Origin: an uncultured Planctomycetaceae bacterium
GTDB taxonomy: Bacteria; Planctomycetota; Planctomycetia; Planctomycetales; Planctomycetaceae
Direction: 5' to 3'
Length of the DNA stretch: 64,000 bases
Assembly: GCA_963815195.1 (NCBI GenBank)
Contig: CAWFGE010000015.1
Coordinates: 384,001 to 448,000, forward strand
Position 1 is the first letter of the stretch; the number at the start of each line of letters is the position of its first letter. This document shows positions 50,570-61,101 of this stretch, one piece after another. Under the pieces are notes generated by a model. It made no database searches. It was not told the DNA's origin and saw nothing but the letters and a program-made list of their open reading frames with translations. The translations under genes were made by a program, and so were the position numbers.

Positions 50570-52632
50570 ATGTTGAAATTGCTGCGTTTCTCACTGTTTT
50601 TGGCGGGAACGGTCTCGGCTGCTGTCGCCTCGGCACAGACGAACAGCGCCGCACGCGAGCGCGCCTTAGCCTTGGTCGGGAAATTGGAGAAGACCGAAGC
50701 TGGCGAACAATTTCAGGCGGTGGCGGATTTGGGCGATCTGGGGCCGCTCGCCAAGCCCGCGGTGCCCGCGCTGGTCAAAACCCTCAAATCCAGCAAAGAT
50801 TTGGCGCTTAAGCATGAGATTCTAATTGCCCTGGGACGGATCGGCGCCCCGGCCGCCGAAGCCGTGCCCGCAATCGCCGGCTTCCTCGATAATGATTCCC
50901 CCGTGCTCCAATACGAGGCCGTTCACGCCTTGCGGAAAATTGGACCCGATGCGAAAGCCGCTCTGCCACAACTGACCGAATTGATGAAATCCGACAAGCC
51001 CATCGTCGCCGTTCCGGCCGCCTGGGCCGTTGTGGTGATCGGCAACAAACCGGACGACCGCGGCGAGGCAGTGCCCGTGCTGATGTCCGGATTGGGCAAC
51101 CAGGATTTGAGCGTGGTGAGCGACGCCGAAATGGGCCTGGGTTCCGTGGGCAAGGATGCGATTTCCGGTCTCGCATCGCGCGTCCGGGGAGACAACCCCG
51201 ATGTCGCGAGTCATGCGGCGGACGCTTTGGGAATGATGGGACCCGAAGGCGAAGCCGGCATTCCCGCGTTGGTGTCCGCGCTGGGCCATTCGAACGCGGC
51301 CGTGGTTTCACACGCGGCTCAGGCCTTGGGCAACATCTCGCTACGGCCGGACGCCGTGGTCCCGGCGTTGGCCAATAAACTCCAGGACGCCACGAACGAA
51401 GTGCAAATGGCCGCCGCACTGGGTTTGGGCGGATACGGACCCGCGGCCAAAGACGCCGTCCCGCAATTGGCCGCCGCACTCTCGGATGATGCCGTGGAAG
51501 TCCGCGTGGCGGCGGCGCGGGCCTTGGCGTCCATCGGCCCGGACGCCAAACAGGCGGTTCCCCAGTTGAACAAGGCCCTCGATGATTCGGCGGGGATCGT
51601 GACATTTTCCGCCGCCGAGGCTTTGGGAGCCATCAAAGGCCCCGCGGTCGAGGTGCTGGCGAACCGCTTGGACGATCCCGCGTTCCTGCCTCTGGCGGCC
51701 GCCGTGTTGGGACACATCGGCCCCGACGCGAAAGCCGCGGTCCCGGCCCTCGTCAAACGTCTTTCCACGAAGGAACCCGAATCGCAAATGGAAGTGCTGC
51801 TGGCGCTCGGTGCGATCGGCCCCGATGCCAAAGCCGCCACCGAACCGCTTTTGGATCTCGCGAAAAATGGAGAGGGCCTTGCCCGCCGGGGAGCCGTTTA
51901 CGCCCTCGCGAAAATCGGCGCGAAACAAGCGGTCCCGCTGCTCCAACAGACCGTGAAGGAGACCGCGGACCCCTTGTTGCAGCGTGTCAGCGCCTGGGCT
52001 TTGGTGATGATCGATCCCCAAAATCCAGCGTACGTGAAGCAGGCGCTGCCGCATTTGACGGCGGGATTGTCGGACGAGAGGCCGCTGGTTCGCCGAGAGT
52101 GCGCGGTCGCCATTCAGAAGCTGGGGCCTCAAGCGAAAGTGGCCATTCCCGAACTGCGGATGGCCCTCGCATCCTCCGACGCGGACGTGCAGGCGGAAAT
52201 CCTCGATGCGCTGGTTCAAATCGGCCCCGAAGCAAAAGCTGCGATTCCCGAAGCCGTGAAACTCCTGAGTAGCCCCGATCCACAGGTCCGAAACACGGCG
52301 ATCTTTTTTCTCGGAACGCTCGGCAAGGCGGCTGAAGATGCCGCACCCGCACTGGAGCAATTCGCCCAAGGCCAGGACGAGTTCGGCCGCGCGGTCGCGG
52401 CCTGGGCGTTGGTCCGCATCAATCCCAACCCCCAACACGTCCAGCAGGCGATTCCCCTGATGATCAAAGCCTTGGATCATAGCGTGCCCGCGGTCCGGGC
52501 CAAGGCGGCGGAAACGCTGGGGCAAATCGGCCAAGGCAGCGCCCGGCCAAAGCCGCGCTGCAAAAAGCCACCCAGGACGACGACGAAACCGTCCGCAAAG
52601 CCGCCGAAAAAGCCCTCGCGGAGATCATGTGA
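50570..52632 (+). CDS. Secreted HEAT-repeat protein (frameshift at about 52543)
   Basis: Signal peptide and many LG.IGP.AK.AVP.L repeats. The final repeat AKAALQKATQDDDETVRKAAEKALAEIM* is in another frame. Confidence 0.88.
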
Positions 52633-52724
52633 TCTGTTCGGAGCGGCCGGACGAGGTTGACGTTCCGCAACGCCGCGTGGCGTTTTCGTCACACAGGATC
52701 GCGGTGCGGCCCGTCCCTGTGCCC

Positions 52725-52740
52725 CGGCATGGAAGTTGCC
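52725..52740 (+). promoter_or_regulatory. Candidate sigma-54 (-24/-12) promoter
   Basis: CGGCATGGAAGTTGCC has GG-N10-GC spacing and lies about 55 bp upstream of the ATG at 52795. Confidence 0.4.
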
Positions 52741-52794
52741 CGTGCATTGCATCTGATTGACGGCTCAGAATCTCGTACAAGAATCGCAACGCCG

Positions 52795-53523
52795 ATGATT
52801 ACCGTCGCGGAATTCCATCACGTCAACCAATTGGCTCCCTTGGCGGGGGTCTGGAAGCGATTGCACGAACAGACGCCCGCAGCCTGCCCCGGCCAATCGT
52901 TGGAGGCGATCATGTCCCTCAAACTCGGCGACCACGCGAAACTCCGCGTGCTGCTGGGAATGCTCGGCGGCCGGCCGTTCGGGATCCTGCCGCTGAAAGT
53001 CGAGACCCGGCTGACCCAAGTCGGCCCGCTGCGGATTTTGTCCGGAGCAAGCGAACCGCAGTCGCCGTTTGCCGGTCCCGTCGGTCCTCACACGACCGCC
53101 ATGCTCACCGCGGCTTTCCGGCGGCTTTCCCGCACCCGCCGGGATTGGGACCTCATCGAATTCCATCAGGCCGATCCCACCGAAATGGAGCATCTCCGTT
53201 TGCAGAACGCCTTTCGCCTTGTGGGTTGGCGGTGCGATGTGCAGGCTTTCCAGTTGCCGTTTTCCGAGCGGGAGACGCATGCAAGTCCGTCCGGTTTTCG
53301 CTACACTCACGTGAGAACCTGGGCCCTGCGTGCGCGCTGGCTGCAAATGTGCGGACGCATCGGAACCTTTTGGAGACGAGACGAACCCGCGCCGGCGGCC
53401 CCCGTTCCCGAACAACCGTGCGGACTCCAACTTTATTCGCCTCAGCCTCATTTCACCTTCCCCACCCCTCGTCCCGCAGACTCCCATGAAAATCGCGCTC
53501 GCCACGGATCATGCCGGTTTTGA
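52795..53523 (+). CDS. CelD/BcsL GNAT-like protein, apparently lacking most of the acetyltransferase core
   Basis: L...W..L..Q, GILPL, GPVG, RRDWDLIE resemble the N-terminal half of this family. Confidence 0.5.
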   Translation: MITVAEFHHVNQLAPLAGVWKRLHEQTPAACPGQSLEAIMSLKLGDHAKLRVLLGMLGGRPFGILPLKVETRLTQVGPLRILSGASEPQSPFAGPVGPHTTAMLTAAFRRLSRTRRDWDLIEFHQADPTEMEHLRLQNAFRLVGWRCDVQAFQLPFSERETHASPSGFRYTHVRTWALRARWLQMCGRIGTFWRRDEPAPAAPVPEQPCGLQLYSPQPHFTFPTPRPADSHENRARHGSCRF

Positions 53524-53920
53524 ATACAAGGAACTCATCCGCGAGCATCTGCGATCGCTGGGGCACGAAGTGGACGATCTGGGGACGAATTCGGCCGAGC
53601 GGGTGGATTACCCCGATTTCATCCGCCCCGCCGCGCTCGCCGTCGCCGGGGGCCGCTGCGAACGGGGGATCATTTTGGGCGGATCGGGAAACGGGGAAGC
53701 CATCGTCGCCAACCGCGTGCCGGGCATTCGCTGCGCGGTGTGCTGGAACGTGGAATCCGCCCGCTTCGCCCGGCTGCACAACGATGCCAACATGATTTCC
53801 CTCGGCCAGCGGATGATGACCGCCGAGACCGCCCTGGCGATTGTGGACACCTGGCTGGAAACCCCGTTTGAAGGCGGCCGGCACGAAGAACGCCTCCGCA
53901 AAATCGACGCCCCACATTGA
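53486..53920 (+). CDS. rpiB: Ribose-5-phosphate isomerase B
   Basis: DHAGF, DYPD, GGSGNGE, HNDAN, FEGGRH. Confidence 0.95.
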   Translation: MKIALATDHAGFEYKELIREHLRSLGHEVDDLGTNSAERVDYPDFIRPAALAVAGGRCERGIILGGSGNGEAIVANRVPGIRCAVCWNVESARFARLHNDANMISLGQRMMTAETALAIVDTWLETPFEGGRHEERLRKIDAPH

Positions 53921-54014
53921 GCCAAGAGACGGAGAGCGCAGAGCCAATCCCCAATGCGCGCGGTGCCCAGTGGCATGGCCGGACAATTTACAAAGACAGT
54001 GCAAGGAGGAATCC

Positions 54015-55394
54015 ATGGATTCCGAACACGGGCTGCATGTGATGACCAAGCCCATCGGCCCGATCTGCAACCTGGACTGCGAATACTGCTATTACCTCCA
54101 CAAGGAAGAACTCTACCCCAAGGGCGAGCGGTGGCGGATGCCCGGCGAAACGCTTTCGGCCTACATCCGCCAATACATCGAAGCCCAGCCCCCGCACGCT
54201 GAGGAAATCACGTTCGCCTGGCAAGGCGGCGAACCGACGTTGTTGGGCGTCGAGTTCTTCGAGCACGCCGCCCGACTCCAACAACAATACCAACGCCCCG
54301 GCCAGAAAATCGTCAACACGCTGCAAACCAACGGCGTCCTCCTGGATGACCGCTGGTGCGAGTTTTTTCAGCGGCAGGGCTTTCTCATTGGCATTTCCCT
54401 CGACGGCCCCGCGGAACTGCACGACCATTACCGCTTCGACAAACAGGGCCGGGGCAGTTTCCAGGCGGTGCTCCGCGGACTCAAACTGCTCAAAAAACAT
54501 CAAGTCGATTTCAACGTGCTCGTGGTGGTCAACCGCGTGAACGCCGATCACGGCAAGCGCGTCTATACCTACCTCCGCGACAACGGGGCCGAGTTCTTGC
54601 AGTTCATTCCCCTCGTGGAAAAAATCGGCATCGGCAGCCACGCGGAGACTGAGCCCCCATCCCCCGAACCCATCACGGCCGAGACCGATCCGCTCTCGCT
54701 GGTAAGTTCCCGCAGCGTGAAGCCGGAGCAGTTCGGGGACTTCTTGATCGAGGTCTTTGGCGAATGGATCCGCCGGGATGTGGGCAAGGTCTTCGTGCAG
54801 ATTTTCGATCAGGCTTTGAGCGCGTGGGTGGGCCTCGAACCGTCCTTGTGCATCTTCCGCAAGCGGTGCGGGTCGGCGCTCGCGATGGAGCACAACGGCG
54901 ATCTTTACAGCTGCGACCATTTCGTCGAGCCGGGGTATCTTTTGGGGAACATCCACGACCGCCCCATTTCGGAACTCGCGAACTCCCCCAAACAACGGCA
55001 GTTTGGCGAGGCCAAGGAAACTTCGCTTCCGGAATACTGCAAGCGCTGCGAGGTGCGGTTCGTCTGCAACGGCGAATGCCCGAAGAACCGCATCCTCACG
55101 ACGCCCGCCGGCGAGCCGGGCCTCAATTACCTCTGCGCGGGCTACCGCAAGTTCTTCAATTTTATCGATCCCTTCATGAAAATGATGGCCGAGGAAGTCC
55201 GCCACGGCCGCCCCGCCGCCAACGTGATGAACGCCCTCAAAACCAGCCGCCCCGCCAAACCCCAGCCCGCCGCCGCCCCGCCGATGCAAACGGCCAAGAT
55301 TCGCCGAGCTCCGCCCGGCCAAACGGTCAGCCGCAACGAACCCTGCCCGTGCGGTTCCGGCAAGAAATACAAGAAATGCTGCCTCCCGCGTTAG
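54015..55394 (+). CDS. Anaerobic sulfatase maturase (radical SAM/SPASM) with C-terminal SEC-C motif
   Basis: CNLDCEYC, WQGGEP, YSCDH, C..C.....C.GEC SPASM cysteines, RNEPCPCGSGKKYKKCC. AGGAGG RBS. Confidence 0.92.
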   Translation: MDSEHGLHVMTKPIGPICNLDCEYCYYLHKEELYPKGERWRMPGETLSAYIRQYIEAQPPHAEEITFAWQGGEPTLLGVEFFEHAARLQQQYQRPGQKIVNTLQTNGVLLDDRWCEFFQRQGFLIGISLDGPAELHDHYRFDKQGRGSFQAVLRGLKLLKKHQVDFNVLVVVNRVNADHGKRVYTYLRDNGAEFLQFIPLVEKIGIGSHAETEPPSPEPITAETDPLSLVSSRSVKPEQFGDFLIEVFGEWIRRDVGKVFVQIFDQALSAWVGLEPSLCIFRKRCGSALAMEHNGDLYSCDHFVEPGYLLGNIHDRPISELANSPKQRQFGEAKETSLPEYCKRCEVRFVCNGECPKNRILTTPAGEPGLNYLCAGYRKFFNFIDPFMKMMAEEVRHGRPAANVMNALKTSRPAKPQPAAAPPMQTAKIRRAPPGQTVSRNEPCPCGSGKKYKKCCLPR

Positions 55395-55450
55395 CGTCAA
55401 GGGATTTGGAAAGTTGCAACGCCTTGCTGTTTTTCCCCGCGTCTTTCCCT

Positions 55451-55475
55451 CGTTCCCAAGCAGGAGTTGGGAATG
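55451..55475. repeat. REP-like palindrome
   Basis: cgttcccaagcaggagttgggaatg, related to 11384-11409. Confidence 0.55.
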
Positions 55476-55622
55476 CGGGCGAGAAGGACATCATTTTGGC
55501 AACGGACGGCTTCATGCGAGCATGCTCCTGCCAAGCGGAAACTCCTCCGGCTTGGTTTTGCTTTTCCCGAATCCGTGCTTTATGCTCGATGAATCGGGCG
55601 GTTTTTCGCGAGGGGGCTTCTG

Positions 55623-57962
55623 TTGTTTCAGTATTTTCTCAATCCCTGGATGTTGGCGGGGCTGTTGGGGCTGTCGCTGCCGATTCTCGCGCATTTGCTC
55701 AGCAAGAAACGCTACGACGTGGTGCATTGGGGGGCGATGCAGTTTTTGGAGCTGAACCCCAACGCGAAGCGGAAGCTCCGGCTCGAGCAACTGCTGTTGT
55801 TGTTGCTCAGGATCGCCTTGATCGCGTTGATCGTATTCGCCCTCGCCCGGCCTTGGGCTCAGGGCGGCGTGTTTTCGCACCTGGCCCCGGCCAACAGCCG
55901 CGACGTGGTTCTGATCGTGGACGGCTCTTACAGCATGGGCTGGGAAGGCGGTGCCGTCACCCCGCATCAGGCCGCCCTGCGCAAAGCCTCCGAGATTCTG
56001 GACGACCTGCACTCGGGCGACAGCGTGGGTTTGATCGACGCCCGCGACCAGGTGCGGGCCGTGATCGAAACGCCTTCCCGAGACTTCGCGTTTGTCCGCG
56101 ACCAGTTGGACAAGCTCCCGCCGCCTTCGGGGGCCGGCAATTTGCCCGCGGCGATTCACCGGGCGATCACCATGCTCTCCGCTACGACGAACCCGTCGCG
56201 GGAAGTCATCATCCTCACCGACGGGCAGGCGCTCGGCTGGAAAGCCGATGATGAAAATCTCTGGGCCCGCGTGGACGATCTTCGCCGGCAACTTCCCGTT
56301 CCGCCCCGCATCTGGGTCTGGGATGTGACGCGGCCCGAAGGCGAGGACAGCGCGTCCTCCGTTTCCCCGGCCGCCCGCACGAACTTCAGCGTGGATCGGC
56401 TCGCGCTGTCGCGGGAACTGACGGTCCCGGATTTCCCGATTCGCCTCAAAACCAAAATCCGTTATCACGCCGGCACGAAAAAATCGGCCGAGGCTCCCGA
56501 GGAAACGTCGCGAAACGTGTATTTGGAAGTGGACGGGCAACGGCTCCGCGAGAAGCAGCAGACCGTGCGCCTGAAGCCCGGCGGCGAAGCCAGCGTCGAG
56601 TTTGAATACCGGTTTCTCTCAGCGGGATCGCATGTGTTGTGCGCGGTGCTCGACGACGACAACCTGCCCGGCGACAACCGCGCGGAAGCCGCCGTCACCG
56701 TCGCGGAGGCGATTCCCGTGTTGTTGGTCGACGGCCATCCGGGATTGGATCCCACCAAGACGGAGACGTTCTTTTTGCAGGCGGCCCTCTCGCCGTCGCT
56801 GTTGGATCATCCTCTCGTCCAAGCGACGGTGGTGCCCTGGAACGCCTTCCAACCGAGCCAATTGGACAAACAGGCCGTCGTGATTCTGGCGGATGTCCCG
56901 CGGTTGACCGCGCCGCAGGCCGAAGCCCTGAAAACGTTTGCGTCCAAAGGCGGCGGGCTGTTGATGGCATTGGGCGACGGCGTGGATGCCGCGGCGTACA
57001 ACGAACATCTCTATGCGGACGGCGAAGGCTTGTTGCCCGCGAAGCTGTTGCAGATTCAAACGCCTCCCAAAAACGACGGCGAAGGCGTGAACGTGCAGGA
57101 TGCGAGTTTGGAACTCACGTGGCTCATGCCGTTCCGCCGGGCGAACGACGGGGAGTTCTACACGGTGCGGTTTGAAAAATGGTGGCTGGTTCTGCCGGCT
57201 CCCGCGAATGCGGGGAACGAGGACGCGTCCCTCGCGTCCACGCCGATCGTCGCGGCCCAGTTGGAGACGGGCGATCCGCTGCTTGTCACGCGGAAGTTCG
57301 GCAAGGGCAGCGTGATGCTCTTCACGTCGCCCTTCGATGCCGAGTCCCATTGGAACACGCTGGGCATCAGGCAGCACACCTTCGTGCCGCTGATTTACGA
57401 GATGGTGTTTCACCTGGCCTCGCCGGGCACGTCGCGGAACGTGGAAGCCGGCATGCCGCTGGTCGTGGAGGTTCCCGCGGATTTGAAGTTGGACGATTAC
57501 ATTTTCGCCGGCCCGGATGAAACCGAACATCCCCCCGCGCCGCAGCCCGCGGAAGATGGGCGGCGGTTCGTGCGGCTGAATGAAACGCAGCTTCCGGGCG
57601 TTTACACGTTCCGCCATAAGGTCAAGCCCCCGCCGCCCGCCGCGCTCGCGCCCGAATATTTCGTGGCGAACTTCGACCGCAGCGAATCCGACCTGACGCC
57701 GCTTTCCGAGGAAGAACAAAAGCGGTTGGAACAGGACGGCCGCACGACATTCGTCGCCGGTCTTTCCTACCTGATGGAGAACATGGTCGACGATTCCACG
57801 CGGGCGGAGTTGTTTCGGTATCTGATGATCCTGTTTCTCATCATTCTGGTCGGGGAAGTCGTGATGACCCGCCGGCTGGTGCAAGGCGGCCACATCGATG
57901 TGGACATCGAAACCGCCGCGGGCGAAGAGCAAGACCACGAACCCGCCCGCATGCCGGCTTGA
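55623..57962 (+). CDS. BatA N-terminal + vWA + class I GATase-like domain membrane protein
   Basis: F.NP...PILAHL..W.AMQFL, DGSYSM MIDAS motif, TDGQ, DNR, ESDL, C-terminal TM. Confidence 0.85.
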   Translation: MFQYFLNPWMLAGLLGLSLPILAHLLSKKRYDVVHWGAMQFLELNPNAKRKLRLEQLLLLLLRIALIALIVFALARPWAQGGVFSHLAPANSRDVVLIVDGSYSMGWEGGAVTPHQAALRKASEILDDLHSGDSVGLIDARDQVRAVIETPSRDFAFVRDQLDKLPPPSGAGNLPAAIHRAITMLSATTNPSREVIILTDGQALGWKADDENLWARVDDLRRQLPVPPRIWVWDVTRPEGEDSASSVSPAARTNFSVDRLALSRELTVPDFPIRLKTKIRYHAGTKKSAEAPEETSRNVYLEVDGQRLREKQQTVRLKPGGEASVEFEYRFLSAGSHVLCAVLDDDNLPGDNRAEAAVTVAEAIPVLLVDGHPGLDPTKTETFFLQAALSPSLLDHPLVQATVVPWNAFQPSQLDKQAVVILADVPRLTAPQAEALKTFASKGGGLLMALGDGVDAAAYNEHLYADGEGLLPAKLLQIQTPPKNDGEGVNVQDASLELTWLMPFRRANDGEFYTVRFEKWWLVLPAPANAGNEDASLASTPIVAAQLETGDPLLVTRKFGKGSVMLFTSPFDAESHWNTLGIRQHTFVPLIYEMVFHLASPGTSRNVEAGMPLVVEVPADLKLDDYIFAGPDETEHPPAPQPAEDGRRFVRLNETQLPGVYTFRHKVKPPPPAALAPEYFVANFDRSESDLTPLSEEEQKRLEQDGRTTFVAGLSYLMENMVDDSTRAELFRYLMILFLIILVGEVVMTRRLVQGGHIDVDIETAAGEEQDHEPARMPA

Positions 57963-58140
57963 GATTTCCCTCGTCGAGTTTTTCTGGTGCAAATTCGAAG
58001 CACGAAATCCGAAATAGGCGCCTTAGGTCCAAGAATCAAGGATGCGGATTTCGTGCGAGTGGAATTTCTCGCTCCGATGCATTAAAATCCATTGATCCTT
58101 CCACCAAAATCTCGCCAGCTCCAAGTCGAAGATCTCGCCC

Positions 58141-61077
58141 ATGATCCGAATTTCCGTTTTCCTGGCCTGCGCGGTTTCCGTCCCACTTTTCTTTGCCTCG
58201 GCCTTGGCTGACGAACCCACGGCGGAAGGGCGGAAGTTTTTTGAATCGAAGATTCGGCCCGTGCTCGTCGAGCGATGCTATCAATGCCATTCCGCCGAGG
58301 CCGCCCGCAAAGGCAAGTTGGAGGGGAAACTGTTGCTCGACACGCGGGCGGGAATCCGAAAAGGCGGCGAAAGCGGGGCGGCCATCGTCCCCGGTCAAGT
58401 GAAAGAAAGCCTGCTGATTGCGGCCATTCGGCATGAGTCCTTTCAAATGCCGCCGGATACGAAACTGCCGGCCGATCTGATTGGCGACTTCGTCAAATGG
58501 GTGGAGATGGGCGCTCCCGATCCGCGGGATGGAAAAGTCACCCAACCGAAAAAACCTCAAATCGACATCGAGGCAGGCCGAAAGTTTTGGGCGTTCCGGC
58601 CATTAAAAGCCGCCAAGCCGCCGCAGGTCACTCAGGCGGATCGGATCCGCACCGATGCGGACCGCTTCATCCTGGCGGGTCTCGAAGAAAAAGGGTTGAC
58701 CCTCAACCCAGCAGCGGGCCGGCGGAGTTTGATTCGGCGGGTGTATTTCGATCTGTGGGGCTTGCCGCCCGACCCGGCCGCGGTGGAATCCTTCGTCCAT
58801 GATCCTTCGGAGAACGCCTACGAAGAGTTGATCGATCGGCTGTTGGCCGGGCCCAATTACGGAGAGCGCTGGGCTCGGCACTGGCTCGATTTGGCCCGCT
58901 TCGCGGAAAGCAACGGCTATGCTTTCGATAAAGATCGGCCGGCGGCCTTTCACTATCGCGACTTTGTGATCAAAGCCCTCAATGCCGATATGCCCTACGA
59001 TGAGTTCGTGCGGTTGCAAATCGCGGGGGATCAGATCAAGCCAAACGACGACATGGCCCAAGCCGCGACGGGGTTTCTGGCGGCGGGGCCGTTCACATCT
59101 CAGCAGACCCAAAAGGAACGCGAACGCAGCCGGTACGAGCAGCTCGATGACATCGTGGGCACGATCGGCACCTCCATGCTGGGATTGACGACCGGCTGTG
59201 CCCGCTGCCATGACCACAAGTTCGACCCGCTGCCCACTCACGATTACTACCGCTTCGCCGCGTGTTTTGCCGCCACGGGTTTTCAGGATTACGATTACGA
59301 TCCCGACCCGGAAGGCACAAAAGCCGCCCAGGCGAAATTCGACGAGGCCCACCAGCCCTTCGTCGATGCCCGCGTGAAATACGAGAAAGACCAACTGCCC
59401 GTCCAACTCGCCGAGTGGCTCAAGACCAACAGCGAACCGCCTCCGAGCGAAACACTGGGCCCTTGGCACGTCATGGGACCGTTCCCCGCCGGCGATTTCA
59501 AGAAAGCCTACAATCAAGCCTTTCCACCGGAGAAGAAGGTCGATCTCACCCAGACCATCGGCCAACTCAAATGGACGCCCCAACCCGCTTGGAAAGACGG
59601 TGAAGTTCATAACACGCTCACCGGCGAGAACAGTGCGAATTACTTGTACCGCACGATTGAAGTCCCAGAAGCGGGGCCGTTGAATCTCTCCCTGGGACGG
59701 GACGATGCCATCAAGGTCTTTCTGAACGGCAAAGCGGTTTTGGGCAAAGAAGTGACGGGCGGAGCGGCGGCGGATCAGGATCAAATCACGCTGCAACTCC
59801 AAGCCGGCCAGAATGAACTCCTACTGAAAATTGTGAATGCCTCGGGGCCGTCGGGGTTTTACTTCAGCACGAAACCCGCGATCCCCCAAAACATCCAAGA
59901 CATTTTCAACCTGGCGGAGGCCAAACGCAGTGACAAGCAAAAACAAGACTTGCTCAAATGGTTTGCCCCCCGTGATCCCGCGTGGGCCAAACTCAACCAG
60001 GCCGAGCAAGCGCATTTGAAGCAGAAACCTCAGCCCGACATCACCAAAATCTTCGCGGCCCGCAAAGATGGGGCGACCTACAATTTCGGCCCGGATACCC
60101 GCAAGGTGTATTTTCTCGCCCGCGGAAATTCCAACTCCAAGCAAGGGCCGGCTTCGCCGGGATTTCTCCGGGTGTTGATGGTGGACGACGGGATCGAACG
60201 AGGATGGCTCACCTCGGAAAGCACCGGTGCCAAAGCCGAGCCACTTCCCCCGCGGATTGCTTTGGGGAATTGGATTACGGATGACCAACAAGGTGCCGGG
60301 CATCTCTTGGCGCGGGTGATTGTCAATCGGCTTTGGCAGCATCACATGGGCCGGGGCATCGTGGCCACGCCCAGCGATTTCGGCAGTCAGGGGGCGAGAC
60401 CGACTCACCCCGAGTTGTTGGATTATCTGGCAACCGAGTTGATTCGCGGCGGTTGGAAACTCAAACCGATTCACAAATTGATCGTGATGAGCGCCGTGTA
60501 TCGCCAATCGGGTGAGGACGACCCGCACGCTGCCCAAGTCGATCCGGAAAACCATCTCTGGTGGCGCCGCGGCGCGATGCGACTGGAAGCCGAGGTCATT
60601 CGCGATACGTTGCTCGCCGTGAGTGGTTCGCTCGATCAAACCATGTTCGGCCAAGGTTCACTCGATCAAGAAAACCCCCGCCGCAGTGTTTATCTGACGG
60701 TGAAGCGCAGCAGCCTGATTCCGATTCTGCAACTCTTTGACGCCCCCGCAGCCATTCAGAGCACCGGCCATCGCAATGTGACCACCGTGCCGCCCCAGGC
60801 GCTGGCGATGATGAATTCGGCGTTCATCCGCGGGTTGGCCGAGAAATTCGCCAAGCGGGTCGAGCCCTCACCGGATGCCACGCCGGAACAAATCGTCGAG
60901 AATGCCTATGCCTTGGCTTTGTCGCGTTCGCCGACCGCTGAGGAAAAACGCCGCATGGTCGGTTTTCTGGAATCTCAAACCGCTTCCTACGGTGGAAACG
61001 CTCAGGGCAAGGCCCGTGCCGTAGCGGATTACTGCCAACTGATGTTCTGCCTGAACGAGTTTATTTTCATCGATTGA
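58141..61077 (+). CDS. Planctomycete cytochrome c + DUF1549/DUF1553 protein with inserted beta-sandwich domain
   Basis: CYQCH, YGERWARHWLDLARFAES, CARCHDHKFDP, insert WHVMGPF...GQNELLLKIVN, NEFIFID. Confidence 0.92.
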   Translation: MIRISVFLACAVSVPLFFASALADEPTAEGRKFFESKIRPVLVERCYQCHSAEAARKGKLEGKLLLDTRAGIRKGGESGAAIVPGQVKESLLIAAIRHESFQMPPDTKLPADLIGDFVKWVEMGAPDPRDGKVTQPKKPQIDIEAGRKFWAFRPLKAAKPPQVTQADRIRTDADRFILAGLEEKGLTLNPAAGRRSLIRRVYFDLWGLPPDPAAVESFVHDPSENAYEELIDRLLAGPNYGERWARHWLDLARFAESNGYAFDKDRPAAFHYRDFVIKALNADMPYDEFVRLQIAGDQIKPNDDMAQAATGFLAAGPFTSQQTQKERERSRYEQLDDIVGTIGTSMLGLTTGCARCHDHKFDPLPTHDYYRFAACFAATGFQDYDYDPDPEGTKAAQAKFDEAHQPFVDARVKYEKDQLPVQLAEWLKTNSEPPPSETLGPWHVMGPFPAGDFKKAYNQAFPPEKKVDLTQTIGQLKWTPQPAWKDGEVHNTLTGENSANYLYRTIEVPEAGPLNLSLGRDDAIKVFLNGKAVLGKEVTGGAAADQDQITLQLQAGQNELLLKIVNASGPSGFYFSTKPAIPQNIQDIFNLAEAKRSDKQKQDLLKWFAPRDPAWAKLNQAEQAHLKQKPQPDITKIFAARKDGATYNFGPDTRKVYFLARGNSNSKQGPASPGFLRVLMVDDGIERGWLTSESTGAKAEPLPPRIALGNWITDDQQGAGHLLARVIVNRLWQHHMGRGIVATPSDFGSQGARPTHPELLDYLATELIRGGWKLKPIHKLIVMSAVYRQSGEDDPHAAQVDPENHLWWRRGAMRLEAEVIRDTLLAVSGSLDQTMFGQGSLDQENPRRSVYLTVKRSSLIPILQLFDAPAAIQSTGHRNVTTVPPQALAMMNSAFIRGLAEKFAKRVEPSPDATPEQIVENAYALALSRSPTAEEKRRMVGFLESQTASYGGNAQGKARAVADYCQLMFCLNEFIFID

Positions 61078-61101
61078 CTGCTCATTTCGGATACCAATCT
61101 C

